Under the pieces are notes generated by a model. It made no database searches. It was not told the origin of the DNA and saw only the letters and a list, made by a program, of their open reading frames with translations. A stretch of 64,000 nucleotides of DNA from an uncultured Actinomycetota bacterium (lineage in GTDB: Bacteria; Actinomycetota; Actinomycetes; JAHEKZ01), in contig CAWHIJ010000003.1 in NCBI GenBank assembly GCA_963829525.1, positions 1,344,001-1,408,000 on the forward strand. Reading direction: 5' to 3'. Position 1 is the stretch's first letter. The number at the start of each line of letters is the position of its first letter. This document shows positions 1 to 9,745 of the stretch, piece after piece. The translations under genes and the position numbers were made by a program.

Positions 1-2
1 AC

Positions 3-2933
3 GTGTCGGGCTGGTCCTTCACCGCAGGCATCACGTCCACGTTCGCTAGTGGATCTGTCATTCCGGCCGGCGGCTACTTCGTGCTCTCACCGAGCCCGAC
101 TCAGTTTCAGAACATCTATGGGTTTGCGGCCGATGCGAGCTACGCGGGGACGGCCCTCTCCAACGGCGGTGAGCTCCTCACGCTGACAGACGGCGCAAGC
201 GTTATCGACCAGCTCACCTACGACGACGTCGACCCGTGGCCGACGTCGCCGGACGGTTTTGGCCCTTCCCTGGAGCTGCGCGGGCTCGCGCTGGACAACA
301 CACAAGCCGCTAACTGGGGTCCCAGTAATGCGAACCTCGGAACCCCTGGGGCCCCGAATTCGATCGACGGCACCGGCCCGTTACCGAAAGCGACGTCGGT
401 CGTGGCGACGCCGCAGCGCCCCGATCCCAACCAGGCTGTGGTCGTGAGTGCCCGGATGCCCGTCGGGTCCACGGCCACTTTGGGGTACAAGGTCATGTTC
501 GCCCCGGACGTTTCCGTGCCGTTTCTCGACGACGCCGCGAGCCCGGGGGGTGCTGGAGACGGACAGTACTCCGGGACGATTCCCGGCCAGGCTGCCGGCA
601 AGCTGGTCCGCTACCGAATCGAAGCGTCCTCTGGCGGAGTCGCCTTCAGCTATCCGGCTGCCGGCGACACCATCGACTACGAGGGAGTAGTGGTCAAGGA
701 TCCCTCCGTGGTCACCCAGTTGCCGGTTTTCGAGTGGTTCATGGAGGACGCTGTCTATGACGACATACTCGCCAACCACCGTTACGACAACGTGTACGGT
801 GCGGCTGTCGTCGCGTACGGCGGACAGGTCGTTGACAACGTAGCGATGCGAGTGCGAGGACAAAGCTCTCGAAACAATGCCAAGGTCAATTGGAAGGTAG
901 ATCTGCCTTCTGGCCACTTCCTCGACATGCGACCCCTGATGCGCTACCCGCTTGACGAGTTTGCACTTCAAGCCGACGTAGTCCCGAAACCGATTCTGGC
1001 GTGGGACACCGTGGGACAAGCCGGCGCCCGACGGCTGGGCATCTTCACTGTACGCACGCAACGCAACGGTTCCTTCTTCAGCGTTGGTGAGGTAATGGAG
1101 ACCGAGGATGGAAGTTGGCGCGGCGATCAAGGCGTCAGCGACTGGTCCATCTACAAGGGTAACTGGGGTGCGCTCACTACGACATCCACCGCGGCCGCGC
1201 TGGAAGCATCAGTGAATGCCGGCTGCTCGCTATGTGAACCCGAGCAGTGGCTGGAAAAGAAAACGCGAGAGAACGAGGACTACACAGACGTCTGGCAACT
1301 CACGCAGGCCGTCGATGCTCCCTACACTCAGCAGCAACGGGAGTGGCTCTTTGCGAACGTGGATGTTCCAGGGATGGTCAACTACATGGCCCTCAACACG
1401 GTCATGCGTCATCAGGACTCCAATCAGAAGAACTGGTGGATCAGTCGCGACAGCGCCGGAACTCTGCGTTGGAACATGTGGCATTGGGACCTGAACCGGA
1501 CCTGGACCACTCTGACCGCCGACAAGGGCGAGTTTTTGTCGCCGGCGAAGGAAAACCGCCTGCTCAACGCCCTCATGACCGACCCGGACATCAGCGCAAT
1601 GTTCTACCGCAGGGTCCGCACCCTTGCCGACCAGTTCCTGGCCCCAGGTGGCTACGAAAACAAATGGGACGCCGAGGTCAATCGCTACCTCTCGGATTGG
1701 ACCCTGGAGCGGGCCAAATGGGGAGGACTGACCCCGGCCGTGGCGCGTGAAAAGTTCATCGCCGTGGTCAACGATCGTCGAACCGTCATCGCAAACAACA
1801 CCGGTCCCGGCAAGCCGGTCCCGACCTCCCAAGCCGCGGCGCCGGATGTCGTGATCAATGAGATCCAATACCAGCCAACAACGGGGACGACCGCTGAGTT
1901 CATCGAGCTGACGAACCCGTCCAGCACCACGTCTGTGGACATCTCGGGTTGGACCATCGATGGGTTGGGGCTCACAATCTCGCCAGGTACCGTCATTCTG
2001 CCTAACGATCACGTGGTGTTCGTCAAGAGTGACGTGGTGTTTCGCCAGACGTACTCGCCTGACAGTCGATTCGTCGGCGGCGAGTACCCAGGTGATTTGA
2101 GCGACGCCGGTGAGACTATCCGCCTGCTCCAGGGGTCCAGAGTCGTTGACGAGGTCACCTACGCACCGACCGCCCCCTGGCCCACCGCGGCCGCCGGATC
2201 GGGCCCGTCACTAGAGCTCGGTGTGACGAGTGCGGACAACGCGTTGCCCTCCAGCTGGAGCGCGACATCGACGACCGGGGGGACTCCCTCAGCCAACAAC
2301 ACCGGCGCCGTGCAGCCCCCTGGCCCTTTGTTCACCGACGTCTTCAACGGGGCGGACGGCAGTGCCTGGGACGCAGCGTGGGGAATCACCGGAACCAACG
2401 GCACAGCAACCATCGCGGCGAATGCCGGTCGCCTAGGGATCACGAACACCAGCGGCGCCTATATTCGTTCGCAGTTGAATGGGGTACCCACAGTCGCTGA
2501 CTCAGAGCTGTTGTTCTCCTACCGTTGGAATAGCACTAGTCCTGGCGCCAACTTCACCGTCTTCCTCCGTGGATCCGGCGGTTGGAGCGGAAAGTTCCGA
2601 CCAAAGAATGGCTATGGTCTCCAGCTCACGCCAAAGTCCAGCACTGTGAGCATCAAGAAGATGGTGAACGGCACCGTTTCCACGCTGGCGAGTACGTCGG
2701 GTGCTCAGCAGGTCGGTACCGGTAAACAGTGGATTCGGCTCCAGGTGGTGGGATCGACCATCCGGTATCGGCTTTGGGCTGATGGCCAGGCAGAACCAGG
2801 GATCTGGCGCGCATCGGTGACTGACTCCGCGGTGACGGCCAAGGGTCAGGCGTTCCTCTCCCTGGTGCGCGCGAGTACCGCGACCGAAGCGAAGGACGTC
2901 ACCATTGATGACCTCACGCTGAGCAGTCTGTGA
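3..2933 (+). CDS. Lamin-tail-domain + CotH-kinase-family secreted protein (5' partial)
   Basis: LTD motifs (VVINEIQY..AEFIELTN, VDISGW, GPSLEL) flank a CotH-like core (MRVRGQSSR, KVNWKVD, HQDSNQKNWW, WDLNRTW); beta-rich C-terminus. Confidence 0.8.
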   Translation: MSGWSFTAGITSTFASGSVIPAGGYFVLSPSPTQFQNIYGFAADASYAGTALSNGGELLTLTDGASVIDQLTYDDVDPWPTSPDGFGPSLELRGLALDNTQAANWGPSNANLGTPGAPNSIDGTGPLPKATSVVATPQRPDPNQAVVVSARMPVGSTATLGYKVMFAPDVSVPFLDDAASPGGAGDGQYSGTIPGQAAGKLVRYRIEASSGGVAFSYPAAGDTIDYEGVVVKDPSVVTQLPVFEWFMEDAVYDDILANHRYDNVYGAAVVAYGGQVVDNVAMRVRGQSSRNNAKVNWKVDLPSGHFLDMRPLMRYPLDEFALQADVVPKPILAWDTVGQAGARRLGIFTVRTQRNGSFFSVGEVMETEDGSWRGDQGVSDWSIYKGNWGALTTTSTAAALEASVNAGCSLCEPEQWLEKKTRENEDYTDVWQLTQAVDAPYTQQQREWLFANVDVPGMVNYMALNTVMRHQDSNQKNWWISRDSAGTLRWNMWHWDLNRTWTTLTADKGEFLSPAKENRLLNALMTDPDISAMFYRRVRTLADQFLAPGGYENKWDAEVNRYLSDWTLERAKWGGLTPAVAREKFIAVVNDRRTVIANNTGPGKPVPTSQAAAPDVVINEIQYQPTTGTTAEFIELTNPSSTTSVDISGWTIDGLGLTISPGTVILPNDHVVFVKSDVVFRQTYSPDSRFVGGEYPGDLSDAGETIRLLQGSRVVDEVTYAPTAPWPTAAAGSGPSLELGVTSADNALPSSWSATSTTGGTPSANNTGAVQPPGPLFTDVFNGADGSAWDAAWGITGTNGTATIAANAGRLGITNTSGAYIRSQLNGVPTVADSELLFSYRWNSTSPGANFTVFLRGSGGWSGKFRPKNGYGLQLTPKSSTVSIKKMVNGTVSTLASTSGAQQVGTGKQWIRLQVVGSTIRYRLWADGQAEPGIWRASVTDSAVTAKGQAFLSLVRASTATEAKDVTIDDLTLSSL

Positions 2934-3188
2934 CGGGCGACCCTGGGCGGCGCGAAGCATGTGCTGGGGATTTGGATCAAAGCTAGCGAATGCGTTAGGT
3001 ACCAGGCCCATTCTGCGCCGATCTGGCAAGCCGTGGATTCGTGACGTCGTGGCAAAACCTTTGTTCATTGCCACAAGACCGGTTGCGCTTTGCTCTTGGA
3101 CCTTGATGCATTTTCCGTCGTCCCGCTCCAACGTGACGTCGCGAATGTCTTCTTGACCCAAGGCGAGCTCCCCCCAACTATCGGCGGG

Positions 3189-4151
3189 TCAGGCCCTGTG
3201 CTGCTTCGAGTAGTAGTCGCGCCACACCAACCGGTGGACGGGAACCCAACGCGGGATCGAGCGCACGCCTGGGATGAATGGGATGAAGATCAGACCCAGG
3301 GACAGCGCAGCCATGATGTAGAAGATGTACGCGTCCGCGTTGGCACCGAACGGCGCGGACTCCTCGTTGTTGAACGGAGGGATCTGATACCAGAACGAGT
3401 AGAGCCAAAGCCACTGCTGGCCCGGGTAGCTCCCCGTCTCGTTCATCATGCCCCAGGTGTCACCCTGAAGGTTGGCTGCGGTTGCCGCGTCATCAAGGTA
3501 GGAGCCGTCGCCCATGAACAGGATCTGCTTGGTGTAGTCGGTTTGGTAGAAGCCGCCCTGCGCCATCAGGATGCCGTCGTAAGCGCCAGACCGACCCATT
3601 GAGAGCAGACCGTTCGCCAGCGTCGGGACGGGACCGTAGTCGCCCGCAGTCAGCTTCGTCAGATCTCCGTCGACATCGGTAATTGCGGTATCGAAGGCCG
3701 TGGCCCACTGTGACTGTTGTTCTGGGGTTGCCGCTTTCCACGCAGCGAGAGCATCAGTGACCTGAGTTGGCTGCTGCTGTGACTCGAGTGGCGTGATGAC
3801 GAAGTCGTTCGCGGGATCGACCGGGATCCGCACACCCATGGCTTTCTGCATATTGATCGGACCAACGGTGAGCCCATTGCCAGCGTTGTTGTAGGGAGGC
3901 CCGTAACTGGCCGACTCACTAGTGCCGGCGAGTACAGCAACGGTCGTGGCAAAGAAGTTGTCAGGAGCCGAGGTGGCCCATCCCTTGAAGGTGAGAGCAG
4001 GTTCGTCCGGTGAGCTGAAGAGTGCCGCCAGGGAAAGCGTCAAAACAGCGACCACAAGGATGGCCACTACGCCCTCCTTGACGATGTCGTAGCGTCGAGT
4101 TGGCCCGGTCCAGGGAACAGAGGCGATGTCGTTGTCCTGGTGGCGTTTCAT
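3189..4151 (-). CDS. Membrane protein coupled to cytochrome b; possible divergent subunit IV (PetD-like) with large extracytoplasmic insert
   Basis: ATGA overlap with the cyt b gene; N-terminal TM helix, long soluble region, then PGQQWLWLYSFWYQIP and a TM ending IPFIPG. Confidence 0.6.
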   Translation of the reverse strand: MKRHQDNDIASVPWTGPTRRYDIVKEGVVAILVVAVLTLSLAALFSSPDEPALTFKGWATSAPDNFFATTVAVLAGTSESASYGPPYNNAGNGLTVGPINMQKAMGVRIPVDPANDFVITPLESQQQPTQVTDALAAWKAATPEQQSQWATAFDTAITDVDGDLTKLTAGDYGPVPTLANGLLSMGRSGAYDGILMAQGGFYQTDYTKQILFMGDGSYLDDAATAANLQGDTWGMMNETGSYPGQQWLWLYSFWYQIPPFNNEESAPFGANADAYIFYIMAALSLGLIFIPFIPGVRSIPRWVPVHRLVWRDYYSKQHRA

Positions 4152-4861
4152 GACTGAACCTCAGCCTCTGGGGCGTCGACGACGACCTGCTCCTGCGGGG
4201 GAGCCGCTGCATCGATGGGTGGAACGATTCCGTGCTTGCGGACGAGCAGGACGTGCATGACGATGAGTGCGCCAAGCACGAGAGGAAGCAGGCATACATG
4301 CAGAAGCAGTGTCTGCCCGAGGTTGGCGACGTTAAACCAGGCGCCTATGCCAACAGTGTTTAGCCCGTCCTTCGCCTCGAACGAGATCCACTGGGAGTCG
4401 AAGTTGGTCTGGACCAGGTATCCGGTGAAGGCGGTACCAATCGACGCGATGAAGGCGACGGCACCGGTGATCCACGTCATCGCCCGGCGGCCTCGCCAGG
4501 CAGCCATCCAGAACTTCCCCCATAGATGCACCACCATGAACACGAAGAAGAGTTGAACGCTCCAGAAGTGCAGGCTGTTGGTGAAGAGTCCGAGCGACGA
4601 GGTGTGGTACCAGGCTGGACCTTCGAAGGACAGGACGAGCCCAGAGGCGATGATCATGACGAGGGCGGCAATCGTCAGGACGCCGAACACGTAGATCCAC
4701 GACGCCATGTAGGCGGGCTGTCGCGCAGGGAGGAGTTTCTCCGGTGGGAACGTGCCGAAGAACTTGCGCCGAACTGCGACCGTCCAGGATCCAGTTTCGG
4801 CCGGGTCTTGCAGGGACTCGCCGACGGGTCCGTCGACAGGAGGCTGCTCGACGGTGGTCAT
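4148..4861 (-). CDS. Cytochrome b N-terminal domain protein (b6-like, short form)
   Basis: Heme-ligand His pairs in SLHFWSVQLFFVFMVVHLW and LLHVCLLPLVLGALIVMHV; TWITG and FTGYL motifs; C-terminal RKHGI. Confidence 0.88.
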   Translation of the reverse strand: MTTVEQPPVDGPVGESLQDPAETGSWTVAVRRKFFGTFPPEKLLPARQPAYMASWIYVFGVLTIAALVMIIASGLVLSFEGPAWYHTSSLGLFTNSLHFWSVQLFFVFMVVHLWGKFWMAAWRGRRAMTWITGAVAFIASIGTAFTGYLVQTNFDSQWISFEAKDGLNTVGIGAWFNVANLGQTLLLHVCLLPLVLGALIVMHVLLVRKHGIVPPIDAAAPPQEQVVVDAPEAEVQS

Positions 4862-5037
4862 GACTCGTCCTTCCCCTTAGGGAACGGCAACACGAGGGCC
4901 AGGACAAAGAGCAGCAGCATGAGAAGGATGACCACCAGGTTGCCGATCGAGACCTGTATGAATCCCCAGACCAGATAGTGGGCCGGCTGGTTCAGGTCAC
5001 CCAGCAGGGCGGCGGTGAATGCCATCATCATGGGCAT
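4858..5037 (-). CDS. Small membrane protein, first gene of the cyt b operon
   Basis: GGAG RBS before ATG 5037; hydrophobic helix; ATGA overlap with the cyt b start. Confidence 0.65.
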   Translation of the reverse strand: MPMMMAFTAALLGDLNQPAHYLVWGFIQVSIGNLVVILLMLLLFVLALVLPFPKGKDES

Positions 5038-5271
5038 GGCCAACTCCAAATGAGTTGAGCGGCCGGTCCTGAGTGGGCCTGCGTCGTTCCACGGTCTCAG
5101 AGTCACGAACGCAAATCCGCAGGCCTAGGGCACTTGTGTTGCGCCCCGACCTATGCGGTGCGACTGGGCAATTGAACAGGAACACCCGCTTCTTGGTCGT
5201 CTGATCGGTATCGTCACCGGAAGTGACCGCTGTGATTGCCAGCGGCCCCCTCAGATCCAAAGGACAGCAGC

Positions 5272-7125
5272 ATGCGACTCGTCTCCGGCGCCGTCACGCG
5301 TGGTTTGATTGCTACTGCTGCGCTTTGCCTCGCGCTCACCGGCTTCGCGGCCGGGTCACCTGCAGGGGCGGCACCGATACCGACCCGCACCTTGGTGCCG
5401 ATCGGTTCTGACTACCAGCCCGTTCCACTGCAGCGATTCGCTCAGGCGGCTGCCGAGCAAGACACCTCAGGGAACGTCGTCCTGCTTGTACTACCCATTA
5501 CCTACTCCCTCAACGCAACTACGAGTAAACCGGGAGAGCGGCAGCGTAACCTCACGCTCGCCGCCGTCCGGACGCAGATGGTCGAGGACGCCTGCAACGC
5601 CGTGCGTTCGTCGCAACAGACTTGTGACGCACAGCTCGTGCCGGTGTTGACCCGATCTGATGCTTTCCTGGACAGCAACCTTGCATTCTTCACCGAGGAT
5701 GTAGACGGCATGTTCATCCTGGGCGGTGACCAGACCGTGGCGATGGGTGTAGTTGCCGACACGCCTCTCGAAGGTGAGATGGCCTCGGCGTACGAAAGCG
5801 GTGTGGTCGTCTCCGGAACAAGCGCTGGGGATGCCGTTCAGTCGGTCAACATGATCAACGGCTTTGCAGGCGACAACGGCCCGGCCGAGAGTCTCCAGAA
5901 GGGAGCGGTGGATTTCTGGAGCTTCGACGGCCCCAACGACCCAAGCCGCGGCCTGATCTTCGGACTACCGAACACGGTCGCTGAACAGCACGTGTACGAG
6001 CTCGGACGCATGGGGCGGGCGATCAATGTCTCGGTCTCCAGCGGCCTGCCCGTTCTTGGCATGGACGCTGCGACGGGCGGCCCTGTGCTCGATGAGACGA
6101 CCCTGACCGACGTCGTTGGGTTCACATCAGGTGTCGCCATCGACCCCATCACCTACTCCGCCACCGGAACCTTCGGCGGCCCGCGGTCAACGCTGTCGGC
6201 CGGGACCATCGCCACGCACCTGATCCCGCCTGGAGGTTACGGCTACGACCTCGACACACTCGAGCCAAGCGTCGATGGCGTCGCTCAGCCAGCGCCGTCC
6301 ACCGCAGGCCGCACCTTCCCCGGCATCTCGACACCGGACGGATCCGGTGCACTCTTTCTGTCAGGTGGCCTTCTCGACGATCCCGCCGGAGGAGTCGCCG
6401 CCAAGTTCACGGCGGCCAGTGGAGGATCGGGTGCACGACTTGTCGTGCTCGCGCTGGGCTACCGCCGAGGGACTGATGCCAAGGCTGACGCAAAGGTTCT
6501 TGCGACCGCTCTTCAGCCGCGCACCTGGGCTCCTGTGACTACTCGGGTGGTCAGCGACAAGCAGGATGCCGGTCGCACCGCAGCGATCGTCGCGGATGCG
6601 ACGGGCGTCATCGTGACCGCGCCGAACGCGGCGACGGTGAAATCCGCGTGGCTCTCGCACAGCCGTGAGATGGATGCTGTGCGGGCAAGGTGGCACTCAG
6701 GCAAGGCTGCGCTGATGGTTGACGATGCAGCAGCGTCGGTGCTCGGTGAGCACTTCGTCGCCGACCCGCCCCCAGGGTCAGACATCGACACCGAGTCGTC
6801 TGAAGACTTTCTGGTGACAGGAGCGACGGTCGACCAGGGTCTGGGATGGGTCAAGGGGCTGAATACCGACTCCCGCTTGCTGCCGGATCGGCAGTGGGGC
6901 CAGCTCTACCACCTGACTTGGGCAGACTCCGAGACTCTGGCAGTCGGAATCGACGTCGGTACCGCGCTCCGCATTCGCCATGGGGTGGCGACCGGAATCG
7001 GCGACAGCGCTGTTGTTGTCCTGGACGGCCGACAGGCTGCATTCGGGACGGGATCAAACGGCGCCATGGCCGCGCGATGGGTGCTGCTCGACACCTTCAC
7101 CGACGGTCAGAAACTGGCCCCGTAG
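5272..7125 (+). CDS. Secreted cyanophycinase-like peptidase (S51), tandem duplicated domain
   Basis: Signal peptide; ILGGDQ, GTSAG nucleophile, EQH..GRMGR in domain 1; degenerate second copy (LSGG, GIDVGT). Confidence 0.75.
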   Translation: MRLVSGAVTRGLIATAALCLALTGFAAGSPAGAAPIPTRTLVPIGSDYQPVPLQRFAQAAAEQDTSGNVVLLVLPITYSLNATTSKPGERQRNLTLAAVRTQMVEDACNAVRSSQQTCDAQLVPVLTRSDAFLDSNLAFFTEDVDGMFILGGDQTVAMGVVADTPLEGEMASAYESGVVVSGTSAGDAVQSVNMINGFAGDNGPAESLQKGAVDFWSFDGPNDPSRGLIFGLPNTVAEQHVYELGRMGRAINVSVSSGLPVLGMDAATGGPVLDETTLTDVVGFTSGVAIDPITYSATGTFGGPRSTLSAGTIATHLIPPGGYGYDLDTLEPSVDGVAQPAPSTAGRTFPGISTPDGSGALFLSGGLLDDPAGGVAAKFTAASGGSGARLVVLALGYRRGTDAKADAKVLATALQPRTWAPVTTRVVSDKQDAGRTAAIVADATGVIVTAPNAATVKSAWLSHSREMDAVRARWHSGKAALMVDDAAASVLGEHFVADPPPGSDIDTESSEDFLVTGATVDQGLGWVKGLNTDSRLLPDRQWGQLYHLTWADSETLAVGIDVGTALRIRHGVATGIGDSAVVVLDGRQAAFGTGSNGAMAARWVLLDTFTDGQKLAP

Positions 7126-7231
7126 CAGGTTTCAGTACACCCTCACCTAGGCAACCTCGTACATCGTCGGCGGTGCCTGCGCGATGACAGTGTTGCCGAT
7201 GTTCCAGACCTCGTCCATCGCATTAAGGAGC

Positions 7232-7423
7232 CTAGTCGCCGAGCGCTGAGAAGACTTCGTAGACCATGATTGCCGGCCACACGAGCCCTTGCAGGATGGC
7301 GAGAGCGAACTCCCAGAAGCCATCTGCCTGCTGCCAGAAGTAGACCCAGGCGCCGAAGATCCCGAGTCCGTAGAGGGCGCCACCTCCGGCCGCGCCTGCG
7401 TTGCTGTTGTTGCTCATCGCCAT
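7232..7423 (-). CDS. Small membrane protein
   Basis: Hydrophobic 2-TM ORF (GGALYGLGIFGAWVYFWQQA..GLVWPA). Confidence 0.6.
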   Translation of the reverse strand: MAMSNNSNAGAAGGGALYGLGIFGAWVYFWQQADGFWEFALAILQGLVWPAIMVYEVFSALGD

Positions 7424-7459
7424 GCCGCCTTCCGCTCTACAGATCCCGAAGGGCCCCAA

Positions 7460-8346
7460 CTACTCCGGGATCGTGACAACGATCTTGCCAATGGCAGTGC
7501 CCTGCTCCAAGTGGCTAAGGGCCTGGTGGATCTTGGCGAGCGGATATTTCGAGTCGATGACCAATGCTGCCGATCACCGGGTGGCCGCGGCGTCCGTAGT
7601 GGTCGTGGCCAACGAAGACGTACCTCCCTCCCGCCGTCAGGGCACGTCTCACCGCGGAAAGAGAGCGGTTACCGGGGATGTCGATGATGAGGTCGTACGT
7701 CTCTCCGGTGGTGGTGAAGTCTGCCAGTGAGTAGTCGATGACGTGGTCGGCTCCCAACGATCGCAGTGCCTCGAGCTTGCCCCGCGGCATCGACAGCCGT
7801 GACCTCGCCGCCGTAAGCCTTCGCCAGCTGCACGGCAAATGAGCCGACTGCACCGCCCGCTCCGTTGATGAGAACTCGCTGTCCACTTTGCAATTTCCCT
7901 TCGTCGCGAACGGTCTGCAACGCGATGAGTCCCGATGTGGGTACCGCGGCGGCCTCGACGTAGGTGAGTCGTTCAGGCATCGTGGCCAGATCTTTCGCGA
8001 GGACAGACGCGTGCTCGGCGAATGCCCCACCGTTCTTCCACTGGATGCCTCGGACGCACTCGCCATAGACGTCGTCGCCCGGCTCGAACTGAGTGACTCC
8101 GGGGCCTACCGCCTCGACCCTTCCAGCCAGATCGATACCGGGAATGGGGACCTTGGGTCGGCGAAGGCCGCCGCCCATGAGCCGCATCGGGTAGGGCCTG
8201 CCGGTCAGGACGTGCCAGATGTCAGCGTGCAGGGAAGCTGCATGCACCTGGACGAGCACCTCGCCCACGCCCACCTCTGGCATCGGGACGTCCTCAACGC
8301 TCAGAACGTTCTCAGACCCATACGCGCGCTGGACGATTGCTTTCAT
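7460..8346 (-). pseudogene. NAD(P)-dependent MDR-family alcohol dehydrogenase/quinone reductase, frameshifted with apparent internal deletion
   Basis: MKAIVQRAYG start, INGAGGAVG Rossmann motif; shift near 7790; C-terminal VIDSKYPL..GKIVVTIPE* lies in a third frame from about 7561. Confidence 0.75.
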
Positions 8347-8547
8347 CAGTGCTCCCACTCTGGGCCAGACCACGGTTGGTTACTGCACGAGCGGCCTTCT
8401 GGCATCCTGACATGGCCTGAATCTCACGCGCCTTCACCTTGAGTTCCAGAGTTTGGTGGAGGGGCTCATCGTGAAGCTGCTCGTCACTATCTTCTCGCAT
8501 CTACCTATGTATTGGATTTGATTATGAACTTGTATAAACTCTGATAC

Positions 8548-9723
8548 ATGGATCCAGTCCGCAACCCTTACCAGCCGGGAGCCGGCCGTCGCCCGCCAGA
8601 ACTGGCGGGGCGCGACGCCGAGCTCGACGCCTTCGCCATCCTGCTCCAGCGCTATGAGCTGGGCGTCGGCGAGCGGGGTCGGGTCCTCTACGGACTCCGC
8701 GGGGTCGGCAAGACGGTCCTGCTCAATGAGTTCCAGGCGATGGCCGAGGAGCGCCGATGGGTGACGGCCAAGGTGGAGGCTGCGTCAGGACGTTCGATCT
8801 TGCCGACTCTGGCCCAGGCACTGCACCGTTCGCTCCGTTCGGCGACCGGCCGGTTCGAACGCGGGAAGCTGCTCGGTCTGCTGCAGGTGTTCCGCGCGTT
8901 CAGCCTCAGGATGGATCCCGACGGTAGCTACACCTTCGGCTTCGACGTGCAGGTGGCATCTGGTCAAGCCGACACCGGAGATCCCGCCGTTGACCTTCCC
9001 GAGCTCTTCGCCGCCATCGGTGCGACGATGCGTGATCTCGGCGTTGGTGCCCTCCTTCTCATCGACGAGATGCAGGATGTCCCAGAGGCCGAGCTCCGCG
9101 CTATCAACACGGCGGTGCACGAGATGGGCCAGGGTGCTGACCCGCTGCCGCTGGTGGTCGTTGGCGCGGGGCTGCCGTCGTTGCCTGAAGTGCTCGCGAA
9201 GGCAACGTCCTACGCCGAGCGCCTCTACGAGTACGTTCCAATTGGCGCTCTTGACCGGGCTTCGGCGCACGAGGCGCTCGTGGTCCCGGCCGAAGCGCTC
9301 GACGTCGTGTGGAAGCCGGAAGCACTCGCGCGCGTGGATGACTTCAGTCACGGCTACCCGTACCTGATCCAAACCGGGGGGAAGTATGCCTGGGACTACG
9401 CCGCGAGGTCACCCATTACCGCAGAGGATGCCGACGCCGGGCTCGTTCAGGCGCGCCGAGAGGTCGACGCGGGGCTCTACCGAGCGAGATGGCAGCGGGC
9501 GACACCTTTGCAGCGTCAGATCATGCGGGCGATGGCTGATCTGTCTGCAGACGAGCCCACGTCGATGGCGCAGGTGGCCGACGTTCTTGGCCGTGAGCGG
9601 AACGAGCTCTCAGTACCTCGTGATCAGCTCATCAAGAAAGGTCTGGTGTACGCGCCTGACCGTGGGCTGATCGCATTCACCGTTCCGGGCATGGCCGACT
9701 ACGCACGTCGCCAGCCGGACTGA
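8548..9723 (+). CDS. AAA ATPase (AAA_16-like) with C-terminal winged helix
   Basis: NPYQPGAG..ELAGRD, Walker A GLRGVGKT, Walker B LLIDEMQ, GYPY, C-terminal RDQLIKKGLVY. Confidence 0.85.
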   Translation: MDPVRNPYQPGAGRRPPELAGRDAELDAFAILLQRYELGVGERGRVLYGLRGVGKTVLLNEFQAMAEERRWVTAKVEAASGRSILPTLAQALHRSLRSATGRFERGKLLGLLQVFRAFSLRMDPDGSYTFGFDVQVASGQADTGDPAVDLPELFAAIGATMRDLGVGALLLIDEMQDVPEAELRAINTAVHEMGQGADPLPLVVVGAGLPSLPEVLAKATSYAERLYEYVPIGALDRASAHEALVVPAEALDVVWKPEALARVDDFSHGYPYLIQTGGKYAWDYAARSPITAEDADAGLVQARREVDAGLYRARWQRATPLQRQIMRAMADLSADEPTSMAQVADVLGRERNELSVPRDQLIKKGLVYAPDRGLIAFTVPGMADYARRQPD

Positions 9724-9745
9724 CCCTCCCGGTAGCCTCGACTTC

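Noticed and set aside
2934-3188. GTGGCAA/TTGCCAC hairpin and repeated CGTGACGTCG as a possible ncRNA
   Set aside because: Short, located between convergent genes, and no recognisable RNA family.
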